In this document: piece after piece, positions 1-11,762 of the stretch
Numbering within the stretch: the stretch's first letter is position 1
How the letters are laid out: every line of letters begins with the position of its first letter
From: Botryllus schlosseri
Taxonomy: Eukaryota
Assembly (NCBI GenBank): GCA_051294905.1
Contig: CM119384.1
Span: 5,456,001-5,520,000, forward strand
Direction: 5' to 3'
Length of the DNA stretch: 64,000 bases
Position numbers and translations under genes: made by a program
Notes under the pieces: generated by a model
The model's database searches: none
What the model saw: only the letters and a program-made list of their open reading frames with translations
Told to the model about the DNA's origin: nothing

Positions 1-218
1 TAGCATGTCCTAGATTCCATGTATTAAGGCATGGACAAAGTCACTTCAGTATTTTGCATATAGAAATTATTTCATATTGTGCTAGACAGTCTCTCTTGTA
101 TGTCTATGTAAAATAGATATCCACTATCCACTCAGGCACAAATTAAACCACAATTGCAGTGGCTTAAAAGAACTATCGTACTTACAAGGGACAAAACGAA
201 CTTATGTCCTTGCTGTAG

Positions 219-347
219 ATGCAGTGGAATCTGGAAGATGGTGATGATTTTGAACACGCTTGGCTGCTCTTGGCGGATTTGTTCATTTCTGCGGGGAAAT
301 ACGAACAGGCCACCGACTTGCTGAAGAAATGCATCCAACATAATAAG
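219..347 (+). CDS. TTC21B: TTC21B/IFT139 orthologue, third-last coding exon (MQWNLEDGDDFEHAWLLLADLF...CIQHNK)
   Basis: tgtag acceptor at 217-218, AAG|gtgact donor at 348; 129 nt, phase 0/0. The peptide matches the remembered TTC21B C-terminal TPR segment ([28 protein letters not shown]...). Confidence 0.93.
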
Positions 348-784
348 GTGACTGCTGCCATCTTCTTGGCTGTAAGACCAAACAAACTCCAAACGTCAGA
401 TGTTCTTGTGATTTGATACATCCAAATTCATTAATTCCACTTTGCTCGGAAGCAGAAGTAAGAGGTAGACCTACGTCACAAAAGCTACTGTTGGATCATG
501 AAAGGTCATGAGATTGGATATTTGTAGTGTTCAACTCTCTAGTATGACTTGGTTGGCAGCATATTTTAGATTTTGCTCAAGACCCACTGATGTCGACTAC
601 TTCATTTTGATCTAAAAGCAAGGTTTTGAACCAAAATCAAGGTGTATGTGGAATTTGTTAGACACATTATCACAGTACATGCGGCAAGTGTGGGACCCAC
701 AAAAAGGATAAAAATTTTCCCTATCCAAAAATTGTTTGTTGACTGAAAAAGTGAGTTTTGTATACAAAATTTTGATGCGCGAAG

Positions 785-1138
785 CAGGGTTGTAACCAAG
801 TCGCAAGGCTCGGAGTCACAAGTCAATCTCACTTTTATAGTTTTGACTCGAGTCAAGTCAAGTCATTTTTGATTTACCTCCGAGTCAAGTCCGAGTCCAA
901 GTCTTTGCGTTGACTGCTCAGTTTCAAGTTAAATCCAGTTTTTACAACTCTGTTTGGTGATGTCCAATGGTAGCATTTAAAATATACTAACTTCCCGCAA
1001 TTTCAACAGTTTCTGGTCACATTTTCAAGTACCAGTACCAATCGGCGAAATACCAACATTGTGGATACTTAACTATTTTTCGAACTTACAATGAAATGTC
1101 CGTCTTGGCCGTCTGAGACTCGAGTCATTACAACCCTG
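785..1138. mobile_element. hAT-type MITE with internal GACTCGAGTC repeats, in a TTC21B intron
   Basis: 11-bp TIR cagggttgtaa/ttacaaccctg; 8-bp flanks gcgcgaag/gtgcaaag (6/8); a second copy lies at 61794-62295. Confidence 0.8.
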
Positions 1139-1291
1139 GTGCAAAGTGCAGTAATTGCTCTGCAAGAGAGTTTAATCACGGTCTTCCGAATTTTGGCTTG
1201 CTTTGGTCATTTTGCATTTACCACTGCTGACTTCCCACGTCGTGTACTGGTACTGGTGCTCTCTGAAATGATGAACTGCATTCTCTTTCAG

Positions 1292-1412
1292 TCGTGTTGC
1301 AAGGCGTTTGAATATCTCGGACACATCCAGGAGAAAGAGCAGTCCTATAACGAGGCCGCCAAGAGCTATCAAAAGGCTTGGCTATATGGAAATTGCAGCA
1401 ATCCCAGCATCG
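1292..1412 (+). CDS. TTC21B: TTC21B penultimate coding exon (SCCKAFEYLGHIQEKEQSY...NPSIG)
   Basis: ctctttcag acceptor ending 1291, G|gtatga donor at 1413; 121 nt, phase 0/1; matches the remembered SCCKAYEYMGYIMEKEQAY motif. Confidence 0.94.
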
Positions 1413-1834
1413 GTATGATTTTGTGATCGTGCTGTGACTGAATAACGACTCAGGGAAAATTGATCAGCTGAATCAGCTGACTCCTGACATGACTTTGTCG
1501 CAGTATGTGCCGCAGTGCTGGTAGTCATAAATTTGGCTATTGAACCAGCTACTTATGCCGAGTAAATACACAATTTGATGTCTTAGCCTGATTGTGTCAT
1601 CGCTTATCTTGTGGTACTATTCATTTGACTATGCAATGAGTACATATACATGTATTGTACAGTGTACAATGTACAGAGAGAATACTATCGGTACCTTTTT
1701 TCTGTAGGGAAGAGAGATATGGGGAGTTTAAAGGTCATTTTTGTACCCACTATGTGATAAATTCTGCATTTATATGTAGAAGTTTGTATGTCATAGCCCA
1801 GCACATGCCCCCATAGGTTTTTGCCATGTATGGT

Positions 1835-1856
1835 GAGAGAGAGAGAGAGAGAGAGA
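1835..1856. repeat. (GA)11 microsatellite
   Basis: Read directly from the sequence. Confidence 0.95.
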
Positions 1857-2057
1857 CTGCACCATCGAGACGCTACGACGAAAGAGATGTGATACCACCA
1901 TTTTTTTCCTCCGTGGACGTGGACAACCATTGTTAAAAGCTGCTGTTCTACACTTATTATTCAAATTAACATCTTTTTCAGTCAATGTGAACGTTTTAGC
2001 GATCTCTTATACATTTGCTGATTTGGTATATCATCAACTTCAATGATTCCATTTCAG

Positions 2058-2203
2058 GGTATAAATTATCTTTCAACCTCCTGAAAGCAAAGAAATATAT
2101 TGACGCAATCAACATCTGCCACAAGGTCCTCGAGAAGAACCCGCATTATCCCAAAATCAAGAAGGATATTTTGGACAAAGCTAGAGCATCGCTAAGGACG
2201 TAG
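2058..2203 (+). CDS. TTC21B: TTC21B terminal coding exon ([16 protein letters not shown]...[11 protein letters not shown])
   Basis: atttcag acceptor ending 2057; phase 1 join gives GGG (Gly); TAG at 2201-2203; matches the remembered TTC21B end [16 protein letters not shown]. Confidence 0.95.
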
Positions 2204-2335
2204 TTATTCTATTTTCTGAAAAGACATTGTGGTTACATTTTGATGTTTTCAAATATTATTTTTGTAGAATGGTAGTTGTTGAGTTTTGAAACACGGCACC
2301 TTCCTAGATGTCCATAATAGATCAACACAATATGA

Positions 2336-2341
2336 AATAAA
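2336..2341 (+). terminator. Candidate polyadenylation signal of TTC21B
   Basis: AATAAA about 130 nt after the stop, followed by GT/T-rich sequence. Confidence 0.5.
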
Positions 2342-2689
2342 CTGTCGGAATAGTGCTGTGTATTTATATCTTTTAAACCTCTGTATGTTTTACGATTGCT
2401 AGCTAAGTACGAATTCATATATTGTTCGCTTTTCTGTACCGTGTAAAATACAATTATTTTGGTAAGATTCTTGATCTCGCTGTTGAGATAGACTGAAGCT
2501 GGTGAGAGTGATCGCAGTGTAGTAATTTGGTCAAGTAGCAGAACGTGTACTCGGTATTTGTGCTGCCGATCATATCCGCCAATGTAGATAGGACGAGCTA
2601 GGGGTTTCGAAACTTGACTCGATCCAATGGAGGTGATGTATTAGGAAACTAATTCTAGTGTCAATGTTTGTGATCGCGTTCGTATCGTA

Positions 2690-3850
2690 AGCATATAGCC
2701 TAACTGACGTTTATTCCGAAAGAAACGACCAGAACACCGAACAGCTATCAGCCGTATCGCAGCATTTCCTAACCGTTCCTAGCCAATTGCCGTTCAGTGA
2801 CGTGAGGAGGCGTACATCTCTCCACAAGACTTATAAGAGAGAGCAGACGTCTAGACAGCGCATGCGATGTGTACACTCGTCGCGCAGGCTCATACACTGC
2901 GTCGAGTAGGACAACACGGCAGACGTTACTATTTGCCGTTTGGGAAAAAGGTCGAACCCGATAGCTGTCTAGCTGGCATCGGTTGAAATCGATCGAGTCT
3001 ACGGCGATCTAGCTCCAGCGACGCCGCCTTCAGATCAGCCGCCAGTATTGTTGTGATTAAACAAGCGATATGGTCGATTAGCGTCTGCTAATGAGTGCGA
3101 TTGTTATGTTGTTCCGAGGCTGAGTGAAGACAGTCCTGTAATGCCTTAGTGCTGCGTTGAAACTATTAGAATTGTGAAGCCAGAATACATATTTCTTCTT
3201 TTAAGTAAACGGTGTACATGATCTGGTGGTTAGTACATTCAAATGGCTTATACGTCTTGTACATATGTGGCTTTGAACGCATAGTATTCATAAATATCCC
3301 AAGTTAGTAAGTGGGTTTAGGTATGATGAGAACGTATTGTATCAACCGGTGCGATTCGCCGCAATAGGCGACGAGCAGCCTACGTTCCACGATTGCAATA
3401 CCAATGCGTCGCGTCGGAGGTCGACTATTGAATTCCCATGCAATGCGTTGGAGGTTTATCTGGGCTCCTCCACGCAAGCCGTGTCTCAAGGAAAGCCTAG
3501 AGCTAAATTGGACCGTGTCACAAGTCGGCAGCTCTGGAATAATAAAAATATTATCGGCTTCGTGTAAAATGACTATGGATGTCGACACATCGTGCATACT
3601 AAAACAACAACAGTACCGCGATCCAGGTAATGGAGCGGATACCAGAGACCGAATTAGTAGGATAGTGTAGCCTGCAAATGTGCGGAAACGGCGAGTGTTT
3701 CAGAGTTTTACGGGTAGTAGAGTTGTAACAGCGAGAGGAAACGGACTCGACTACAGACTGGTCTCTGCGACGCCGATGAGTAAACGAGGACCGTGTTTTT
3801 TTACAGGCAACGTGCTATGCATAATATGAATTGCATGAAGGTGAGCAGGT
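2690..3850 (+). promoter_or_regulatory. Probable SKI promoter and 5'UTR exon region
   Basis: CpG-rich stretch between the TTC21B end and the SKI start, with a CRE-like TGACGTGA (~2798), an NRF1-like GCGCATGCG (~2858) and a strong donor GAAG|gtgagc at 3841. The TSS is not determinable. Confidence 0.4.
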
Positions 3851-4313
3851 CAGCTATTTCACTACGGTTCAAGGCTGCGGAGCGTATTATTATTATGGAC
3901 CGTATTTTATCATTTAACGGCGTATTCTATAGCTTAACGTATAGCCCCAGACATGATAAACACTACAACGCGTAATCGGCGACAAGTCCACCTTGCATCT
4001 GTCTGAAACTTGATTTTTAGTAATATTTAATATAAGGGGTTGCAGCATTGATTAATGACTCCGCCGACTCTACAAGGCGGAACATAGTTACTCAGCCTGA
4101 CAGTACTATTTGTGATTGGTTCAGATACTGTAATACTATAATGATAAAAATAACATGAACGATACAGTTTTCCTCTGTTGCTGCTCAACTGCTTACTGAA
4201 TGGATTATTAAGTTACTCTTGCAAGGATACAAAAGTAATTTCACAAGCTCAACATCAACAAGAGGACATATTATCGTTTTTTTACTCAAATCTATATCGC
4301 AACAAAAGCCAAT

Positions 4314-4448
4314 ATGGATCATATACATCCTACGACATATGCCAAAGAGACTTTAAAGGCAACGCTCAATTGCTACCAAATAGCAAGTGTGGATAGCCTC
4401 AGTGGGCCTGGTGGTCTACCAGCGCTAGTTGCGCGCATGTGGTACAAG
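4314..4448 (+). CDS. SKI: SKI/SKIL coding exon 1 (R-Smad-binding N-terminal motif)
   Basis: MDHIHPTTYAKETLKATLNCYQIASVDSLSGPGGLPALVARMWYK resembles human SKI [26 protein letters not shown]; donor AAG|gtcagt at 4449; 135 nt, phase 0. Confidence 0.8.
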
Positions 4449-4787
4449 GTCAGTGTTTTATTTCATTTCACCATTCAATCTCCTGTTGTTAATTTATTTT
4501 GAGCTAGTTCCTTGGATGATGTATGCATTCTAGTGTAGGCTAGCTACATTATTCATTGATCTTAATCCCTTGAACCTCACAAAAGACATTGGCCAAAAAT
4601 CTCTTTTGTATGGAAAACTGGCATGCAGAGTTAAGAGATGACCCTGTCATAGCCTAATCTATGTCACACTAGACTGTGAATCATCACGTCGTAATTGTGA
4701 ATTACTACACTTGGAAATGTTTCTTCATAATGTGATACTTATAATTATAGGTGGATGAACAATGGTAAGACAAGAATTGAATATGTA

Positions 4788-7653
4788 GGGGAGAGTAGGT
4801 AGGTATGGGCCACTGTTAAGGTGTGGGCCACTGACATATCAGGCGACTGTGACATCACACATGCTTGTCACGCTCTGTGATTGTAAGAAAAAGGCTTCAG
4901 ACTCACACATGTTCCTCACAGCCATGAGGCCAGCAGAGTTTTTGATTTAGCTGGAGATATATAATTTTTGTGGTCGAAAGTAAATTTATTTTAAAATAGG
5001 GAATTTGGGTTTGAGTCTAGGTGTGGGCATGTTTGGGCTAGACTTATTTATGATGTGAAAGCTATAGTAATAGGCTAGCTATGGAGAATAGTTTTACTGC
5101 TTTGTCAATCTCTGTTATTTTGAAATTATGGTAAGAATCACTAAAATGGAGTGTTTGAGGTATGGGCCTTTCAGTAGGTTAGGGTATGGGCCGGCCCATA
5201 CCTCAATAGACTGAGGTATGGGACAGTATAGCATATGCCTGAAATCAATATTTGATCGATCCTATTAAATATATTTTTCATTACAATACAACAGGTGTTG
5301 GTCTTATCCCTCCCATATACAAATCAATCCAAGTTTAATCATGAAGCCCACAAAAAAGGGCCAGTTTTCAGAATCAGATCTCAACTTGGCAATAAGAAAA
5401 GTTAAAGCAGGGGAGGTGTCAAAAAGAGAAGCATGCCGTCAGTACAAAATTGGTAGAGCTACCTTGAACAGGTATCTGGAAAAAGCAGGAGATGAATCAT
5501 ACGCCAAAAAGATATCAAAGTCGTTTGCCAACACTGTCTTTAATGAAGAGGAGGAAAGTTTGTTAGCGCAGTACGTCATCAAATGCTCCAAGATGTTTTA
5601 TGGTTTATCAATTGACGACCTATGTAGACTTGCATGGCAGTTTGCAATAGCCAATGGAAAGACACCACTACCAACTGCATGGTCCAAAGATAGCAAGGCG
5701 GGAATGGAATGGTCACAAGGATTCCGAAGGAGACATTCGCTTTCACTCCGCATTGCTGAGAGTACAAGCCTTGCCCGAGCATCAGCTTTCAACCCCACCA
5801 ATGTCCAGCTTTTTCATGAAGTATACCAACAAGCTTTGGAACAGTTTCCGTTTGCAGCAATGAATGTATGGAACTTGGATGAGACTGGAGTGTCTACTGT
5901 GACAAAAATACAAAAACTCATAGCTCAGAAAGGAGACCGCCAGGTTGGAGGCATCTCGTCTGCAGAACGAGGTACCCTAGTCACACTTTGCGCCTGCGTA
6001 AATGCAGCTGGACGTACCCTTGCGCCAGTGTTGATCTATCCAAGAAAGAAAGTGCAATCATTTTGGGCAACAGCTGCACCCCCTGGAACTTTGACCTTGG
6101 CGAATGAGAGTGGCTGGATGACAAGCATGCTATTTCCTGAAGTATTGCATCATTTTATTCAGCAGATGGGAGCAACAAAAGAAAACCCGCAAATTCTGAT
6201 TTTCGACAATCACAACTCGCACATCACCATCGAGGTAGTCAACTTGGCGCGTGATTCAGGAGTGGCGATTGTTACTTTGCCTGCTCACTGTTCGCACAAA
6301 ATGCAGCCACTAGATGTAGGTGTGATGTATCCATTCAAAACCTATTATGCTAATGAAGTTCGTTCATGGCATCATTCAAATCCAGGACGAGCACTGAACA
6401 TTCATGATGTTGGTAGCCTTGTGAAAACATCTTTTAACAAAGCTTTTACCATCGAAAACATCGTAAACGGATTCCAGAAGAGCGGGATTTGGCCCCCAAA
6501 TCCCATTTCATTTACTGAAGCTGACTTTATGGGTGCTGAGCCAAGTGAGCAACCACTCCAAGAAAATCCTGTTCCAATTGAATTGCCGGAGGAGCCCAGT
6601 TCATCAGGAGCCCTATCTCCTGAACAAGTCAGACCTTTGCCTAAGGCTCCGACTAGAAAGTCAGGACCAAGGAGAGGTCGGGAAAGAAGAATTCCAGTGA
6701 TTTTAACATCAACGCCCCAGAAGAATAAATTATTACAAATTCACAATAAAAGAAATGATCAGATGAAAGTGAGAAATTTGGACAAAAAGGCTTTGGATAA
6801 ATTACTGACAGATAGCTCTGGTGACGAAAGGGATTTTTCAGAAATGGATGAGGTGACTGAGTTGACAAGCAACCCCAGTCAGGAGTTTGTTGCCAAAAAC
6901 ATGAAGGTTGGCGAGTGGCTTCTCGTACAAATAAAAGGAGGGCGTCGGCAATCTGTTACCTACAGATACGTGGTTCAAACCTTGGAAAGTTTCAACGAGG
7001 GTGAAAATTGGTTCAGGGTGCAGGGGTATCGCTCAATCAACGTCTCAAAAACTAAGTTTCAAGTTAAAGAAAATGATGTATTTGAGGTTGAATTTGGTGA
7101 CGTGGTTTGCTCTCTTGTCACTCCCACTTTAACCAGAGATAGAGCTGTGACATATGAATTTGACGGGGTGGTTGAGGCGAAAGAAGCGTAATTTGATAGT
7201 GATTTTCAAGTTACATATTTTCAGTTATTAGGTTTCGTTATTTTCAGTTATCAGGTTTCGTTAGGTGTTTATGATCAATACAGGAATTCAAATGAATGAA
7301 TTGTCTACTTCCAGTCCAGTTTTATATCAGTATATGCAGAGTGTTGATACCTGTAACAAGAGTTGAGGTTTTTAGTATGATGAATTGCATTAATTGATTC
7401 AATACAGACAACGGCCCATACCTCAACACCCCCTGGCCCATACCTCACACCCTATTTTTTATTTCCAAAAATGATGTATTATTACAAAATTTGATGTCAA
7501 CTCCAAGAACTTTTATATTTTAGCTCAATTCCATCACTAATAGTTAGCCATATAACTAGTGATTGTCTGTACCAAAATATTGGAATATTGGACCAAGTTG
7601 GGGGGAGTTACAGCTTGGCAAGATTTGGTGGCCCATACCTACCCACTCTCCCC
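4788..7653 (+). mobile_element. Full-length pogo-superfamily (Tc1/mariner-IS630 group) DNA transposon in SKI intron 1
   Basis: 26-bp TIRs ggggagagtRggtaggtatgggccac (4788-4813, 7628-7653; 1 mismatch); TA duplication at 4786-87 and 7654-55; 2866 bp. Confidence 0.95.
5341..7191 (+). CDS. pogo-type transposase, 616 aa (psq HTH, CENP-B/Tc5 HTH, DDE_1 with DD35D triad, extra C-terminal domain)
   Basis: Uninterrupted ORF; motifs WNLDETG, LIFDNHNSH and MQPLDVG, with 35 residues between the second and third Asp. Confidence 0.95.
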   Translation: MKPTKKGQFSESDLNLAIRKVKAGEVSKREACRQYKIGRATLNRYLEKAGDESYAKKISKSFANTVFNEEEESLLAQYVIKCSKMFYGLSIDDLCRLAWQFAIANGKTPLPTAWSKDSKAGMEWSQGFRRRHSLSLRIAESTSLARASAFNPTNVQLFHEVYQQALEQFPFAAMNVWNLDETGVSTVTKIQKLIAQKGDRQVGGISSAERGTLVTLCACVNAAGRTLAPVLIYPRKKVQSFWATAAPPGTLTLANESGWMTSMLFPEVLHHFIQQMGATKENPQILIFDNHNSHITIEVVNLARDSGVAIVTLPAHCSHKMQPLDVGVMYPFKTYYANEVRSWHHSNPGRALNIHDVGSLVKTSFNKAFTIENIVNGFQKSGIWPPNPISFTEADFMGAEPSEQPLQENPVPIELPEEPSSSGALSPEQVRPLPKAPTRKSGPRRGRERRIPVILTSTPQKNKLLQIHNKRNDQMKVRNLDKKALDKLLTDSSGDERDFSEMDEVTELTSNPSQEFVAKNMKVGEWLLVQIKGGRRQSVTYRYVVQTLESFNEGENWFRVQGYRSINVSKTKFQVKENDVFEVEFGDVVCSLVTPTLTRDRAVTYEFDGVVEAKEA

Positions 7654-9158
7654 TATTGCTATATAACATAGATTCCAAGCACGATCCTATATAATAAGGT
7701 TTGCTGATGTTCAGTGCGTGGTACACTGGTACCTTACAATGTATCATCCACAACTTACAAGACAACTCATTTTGTCTGATCCATTCAATAATATGAAATG
7801 AATATAAATATACCAGTTTTCTCATATATATTTTCTGTGCATTTTTTGATGTTCCTCTCGTTGTTATCTCCGACATGTCTGTCCAATGGGGCATGGTGTC
7901 AGGAAGCCATTATTTCGAATTGTTATTTCTTTTCCAACAATAATTGCAATTCATTGTGCATTTTTCATATTACCCAACCCATGATCAATTCTGTATTATT
8001 CAATCAAGATCTCCTCTTCAATAGGCCCATCATCTCAGCTGAGATTGTAAGATTGGTGTTCCTTAAAATAAACTTTCAAATCATTAACAATTTGACATTA
8101 TCCAACAGATCATTATTGATTTTTCGTTACCTAATTGTATATTTTGGTAAACAAAATGCATGTTCTTATCTGAATTTTGTCACACCAAATGTGCAATATC
8201 TCAATTTGTTAACCGAAAGTAGGCTACTACTTATAGCTCGTGACAATCATCATATTAGCGTCACCTAACATACCACTAATTGCAATATTATGATGCTCTT
8301 TCTATATCGATTGACTAAACATGTTTTTCATGTCAACATACAGGGCCTATCCTCCTGAATAGATGATATTTATACACAGGAATAATGATTCCTTTTTCAC
8401 TCATGTTCATTCGACATAAGTATTGCATAATCTGTCATAAAAATTGAAAAAACGAGATGTTTCTTGAAAATTTTAGTGGACACACTTTCGTACAGTTTGA
8501 ACTCTGTGCTGATGATTGCTGTGAAACTCTATTTTCATAACTTCATGTTAATCAAGTAGCCTAGGCTATATTGCTCTATCACTTAAGTAGCCATCTGATG
8601 TGGAATTTATTATAATATGTCTTGTAGGTACTTGCTTGCCAATCTCTATTTAAATAGTTTTTCAACTATCTAACCCATTACTGGTGTAGACATCGTTGTG
8701 TATTTGTGTGATCATAAACTGTTGAACATTGATATACTCAATTACGAATGCATTATGTTTATAATTATCTCTAACATATATTAAATACCAGTTCTGCATC
8801 TGTGCTGGCAATTAAGTTTGTACATAAACAGCACCAACTGTACCACACACTCACTGATACACACTTGGCAATAAATTTAATAATATACAACACTTTACTG
8901 GCACTCATTAGAACATCTATAAATCATCTCCTCCTGAAATATATATCTCCCATTTATTGCGACTACCATCAGTACCATGTGTCTATATTTCAAGTGAGCC
9001 AGGCCTATATGATGAAGCTATCATATTTTTGCCTTGGAATTCAAACAGTTGCATCTTCACCATGATTCATCCTTGTGACTTTTATTGATAGCACTAAGTA
9101 CAAAAGTTTTTTCTTTTGACTTTCATTAGATTTCATCTGTCAATATTCATTCTTACAG

Positions 9159-9317
9159 CAAAATAAGGAGCTACCGCCAATCCAGCCGCAGCCATTGGTA
9201 CAAATCCCATATCTTATTCCAAATGACAAGGCTGCGACAAGATCAGAAACAATACTTGCCGGTGAAAACATTGCCTGCTTCATTGTAGGTGGAGAGAAAA
9301 GATTATGTCTTCCTCAA
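9159..9317 (+). CDS. SKI: SKI coding exon 2 (start of DHD: [24 protein letters not shown])
   Basis: ttcttacag acceptor, CAA|gtaagg donor; 159 nt, phase 0/0; near-identical to the Ski DHD motif [18 protein letters not shown]. Confidence 0.93.
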
Positions 9318-10173
9318 GTAAGGCTTTTTTTCTGTAAGCCCACATATAGATGTCACTTGCTGTAAAAGATGGATGAAGTGACCCTCTAATTCTCTTGCCT
9401 GGCTGAGCAATATGGAGCATGACACGTTGTCAAAGATAAATAATTATGTATTTCTTGGCCACAGTACTTTGTGTTAATGCCATGGGTCGATTACTTACTC
9501 ACTGGATGTTGTTTCCATATAACGTATTTTGTACCGTCTGCTGTTCACGACCAGCTGAGGTTTTGAGGTTCCCATGGTGGGAAGAACGTATTCAAACCAT
9601 ATTTCTCACGAAGAGAATAACTGGTGGATCTGTGAAGGGCGTGTGTCCTGGACTCTGCTTTCAATGTGATGATTCCCTTGGTAAAGGGGTTCATATAAAT
9701 TTTCTTGTAATGGTATGTGCTAAAATACCGTACTTAGTTTCTTGGTCTTGATCAAACATACAGTTACCTGTGTAACAATTATTAGTTTGTCCTCAATAGA
9801 GATGTGTAAAGATCTGGGGTCAGCAATATCCCCTACTTATTGAACTGGCTCTGTGAAGCAGTGAATTTGAACTTTTAAGGATCATTGTGTGGCTATACCA
9901 CAGTCATCTTGCTCTTGAATGATCGTTAACAGTCTCCTCTGGCAGCCAATAACACGAGTATGTTACTACTTTCTCTGGTCATGTTTGTCCCTTTTGTAAG
10001 TCGCTTTCGATGTACCAACCAGACATGCTCAATTGCTCATCTAGCAATTGCATACCGTAATAATATTCTCCTCTGTTTCAGAATATTGGGCTACAGACTG
10101 AAAATTTGCTTACTGCTTGTATTACCATACAATCAAATGCTGTTCGTGTATTATTATGAGTCATCACGTTTAG

Positions 10174-10407
10174 ATACTGACCTCTGTCCTGAGAGAGTAT
10201 AGTATCGCGGAGATCAATCAGGCCTGCGCCGAACTCCACATCTACTGCAGTCGGTGCCTGCCCGAGCAATTGCAAGTACTGAAGGCACTGTCAATTTTAC
10301 CTATCAACACGGCGCAGTGCGGACTGATCACAAAAACGGACGCAGAACGGCTGGTCGCCCTTCTCACTGACCGGCACGATCCTTACAGAATGGAACGGCT
10401 TCCTAAG
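10174..10407 (+). CDS. SKI: SKI coding exon 3 (DHD: [10 protein letters not shown]...[12 protein letters not shown]...)
   Basis: gtttag acceptor, AAG|gtaatt donor; 234 nt, phase 0/0; conserved LHIYCSRC and [12 protein letters not shown]. Confidence 0.95.
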
Positions 10408-11223
10408 GTAATTTTTATCAACAATTCGAACCTGTGTGCAATCAATACCTGGATGTTCGTTTGGCATTAGCTCTCCTTGTGTTGAAATGTTGTGGTTTGA
10501 GGTAACACAAGTCACTTGATTGATCTTCTGTCACGCAGCACTCATGTCTTTACCCTACGCCATTTGCTGCCTTAGCGTAAATTATGACAGATCACTGCGG
10601 TCACTTGGGCGAGAATCACGGTTGCGACTCATGAAATATGGAACAGGTCTATATTGAAATTCATGCGGTTTTGTTAGGTATTGTGACACACGCTGTCACT
10701 TCGTTTCAACACAATCTCGGAACGCAGGTCAAATCAAATGAAATCTCGCAACTGTGTTCCTGTATATGACTTGAAGTGCATATATTTGCTTACAGTACAG
10801 ATTGTCTTGTTTGTTTTCAGTAAATTTCAATGTTTCCTTGGTGTTGGTAGGGATTTATGGCTGGTAACCCCTGATTTATATTGATATTTGTGATATTTTA
10901 ATGAAACGCAATTGCAAGCCTATTGAAGCTCTCTTTCATATATTCCACGTTAATCCTGCTCCTTGGATGGCTTTCGACTTGGTTACTATAACATCACAAT
11001 TGGAAAGCCTACTGAATTATCGAATGTCTGGATTATAAGACCTATCATCAAACACCATTCACTTCCAAGTTTTCATGACAGCTCTTGTGACTTGTTTAGT
11101 AATTTCATCAGTCACTTTCTCTCCCTACCATGACAAATCTATCCCACTACCACTGAGCGTGTCACAGGTATACTGCACGATATTACACTTCCGTTTATTC
11201 ATTACTGTTTGCACTATCTAGTA

Positions 11224-11600
11224 CAGGGGTCACCATCACCAACACGCGGCCCGCGAGGTCATATTTTGCGGCCGGCGACCTGATTTCGGAAGTACGCTTT
11301 GTCAAGCATTTTGAAGTGGTAAAAGTGCTTCCCGGTTAAAATATTGTTGTTGTCGTTCAAAATAATCTATTCTCCTGTGGCCAAAACCATTATTGCTCAC
11401 TAGCTGATACGGCTTCGGTGATGGTAATAGCATTTCATGTAGGTAGAATTAGCTGATATGAATGGATTGGCCATATTGCCTTGACGTGCATTGGTCCAGA
11501 CACTACCATGGCCGAGACGCTTAGAAAACGACTCCGCGGCCCGAGACCTCTACGAAATTTGAAAAGTGGCCCGCGATCCGTTTTGAGTTGGCGACCCCTG
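11224..11600. mobile_element. hAT (Charlie-like) MITE
   Basis: TIR caggggtcRcca; perfect 8-bp TSD atctagta (11216-23, 11601-08); subterminal GCGGCCCGCG motifs. Confidence 0.92.
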
Positions 11601-11762
11601 ATCTAGTACATCTTATCTTCACATTGTGACTTTGGAAGTGACATATTGTGAGAAATTTAAACTTTATCATTACACGAATGTCATTACTGAAAACAATGTA
11701 AGCAAACGGGAATTCTATGCGGAAACTGACGTGAAATAGTCTGCACACTGTCGATATTCCAG

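Noticed and set aside
9370-9640. Possible decayed pogo-like transposase fragment on the minus strand (IWFEYVLP; LFIFDNVS)
   Set aside because: Only short motif resemblance, with stops and frameshifts; needs TBLASTN/HMM support.
10930-11190. Coding-like decayed stretch on the minus strand (also 29640-29950)
   Set aside because: Several in-frame stops and no family I can recognise.
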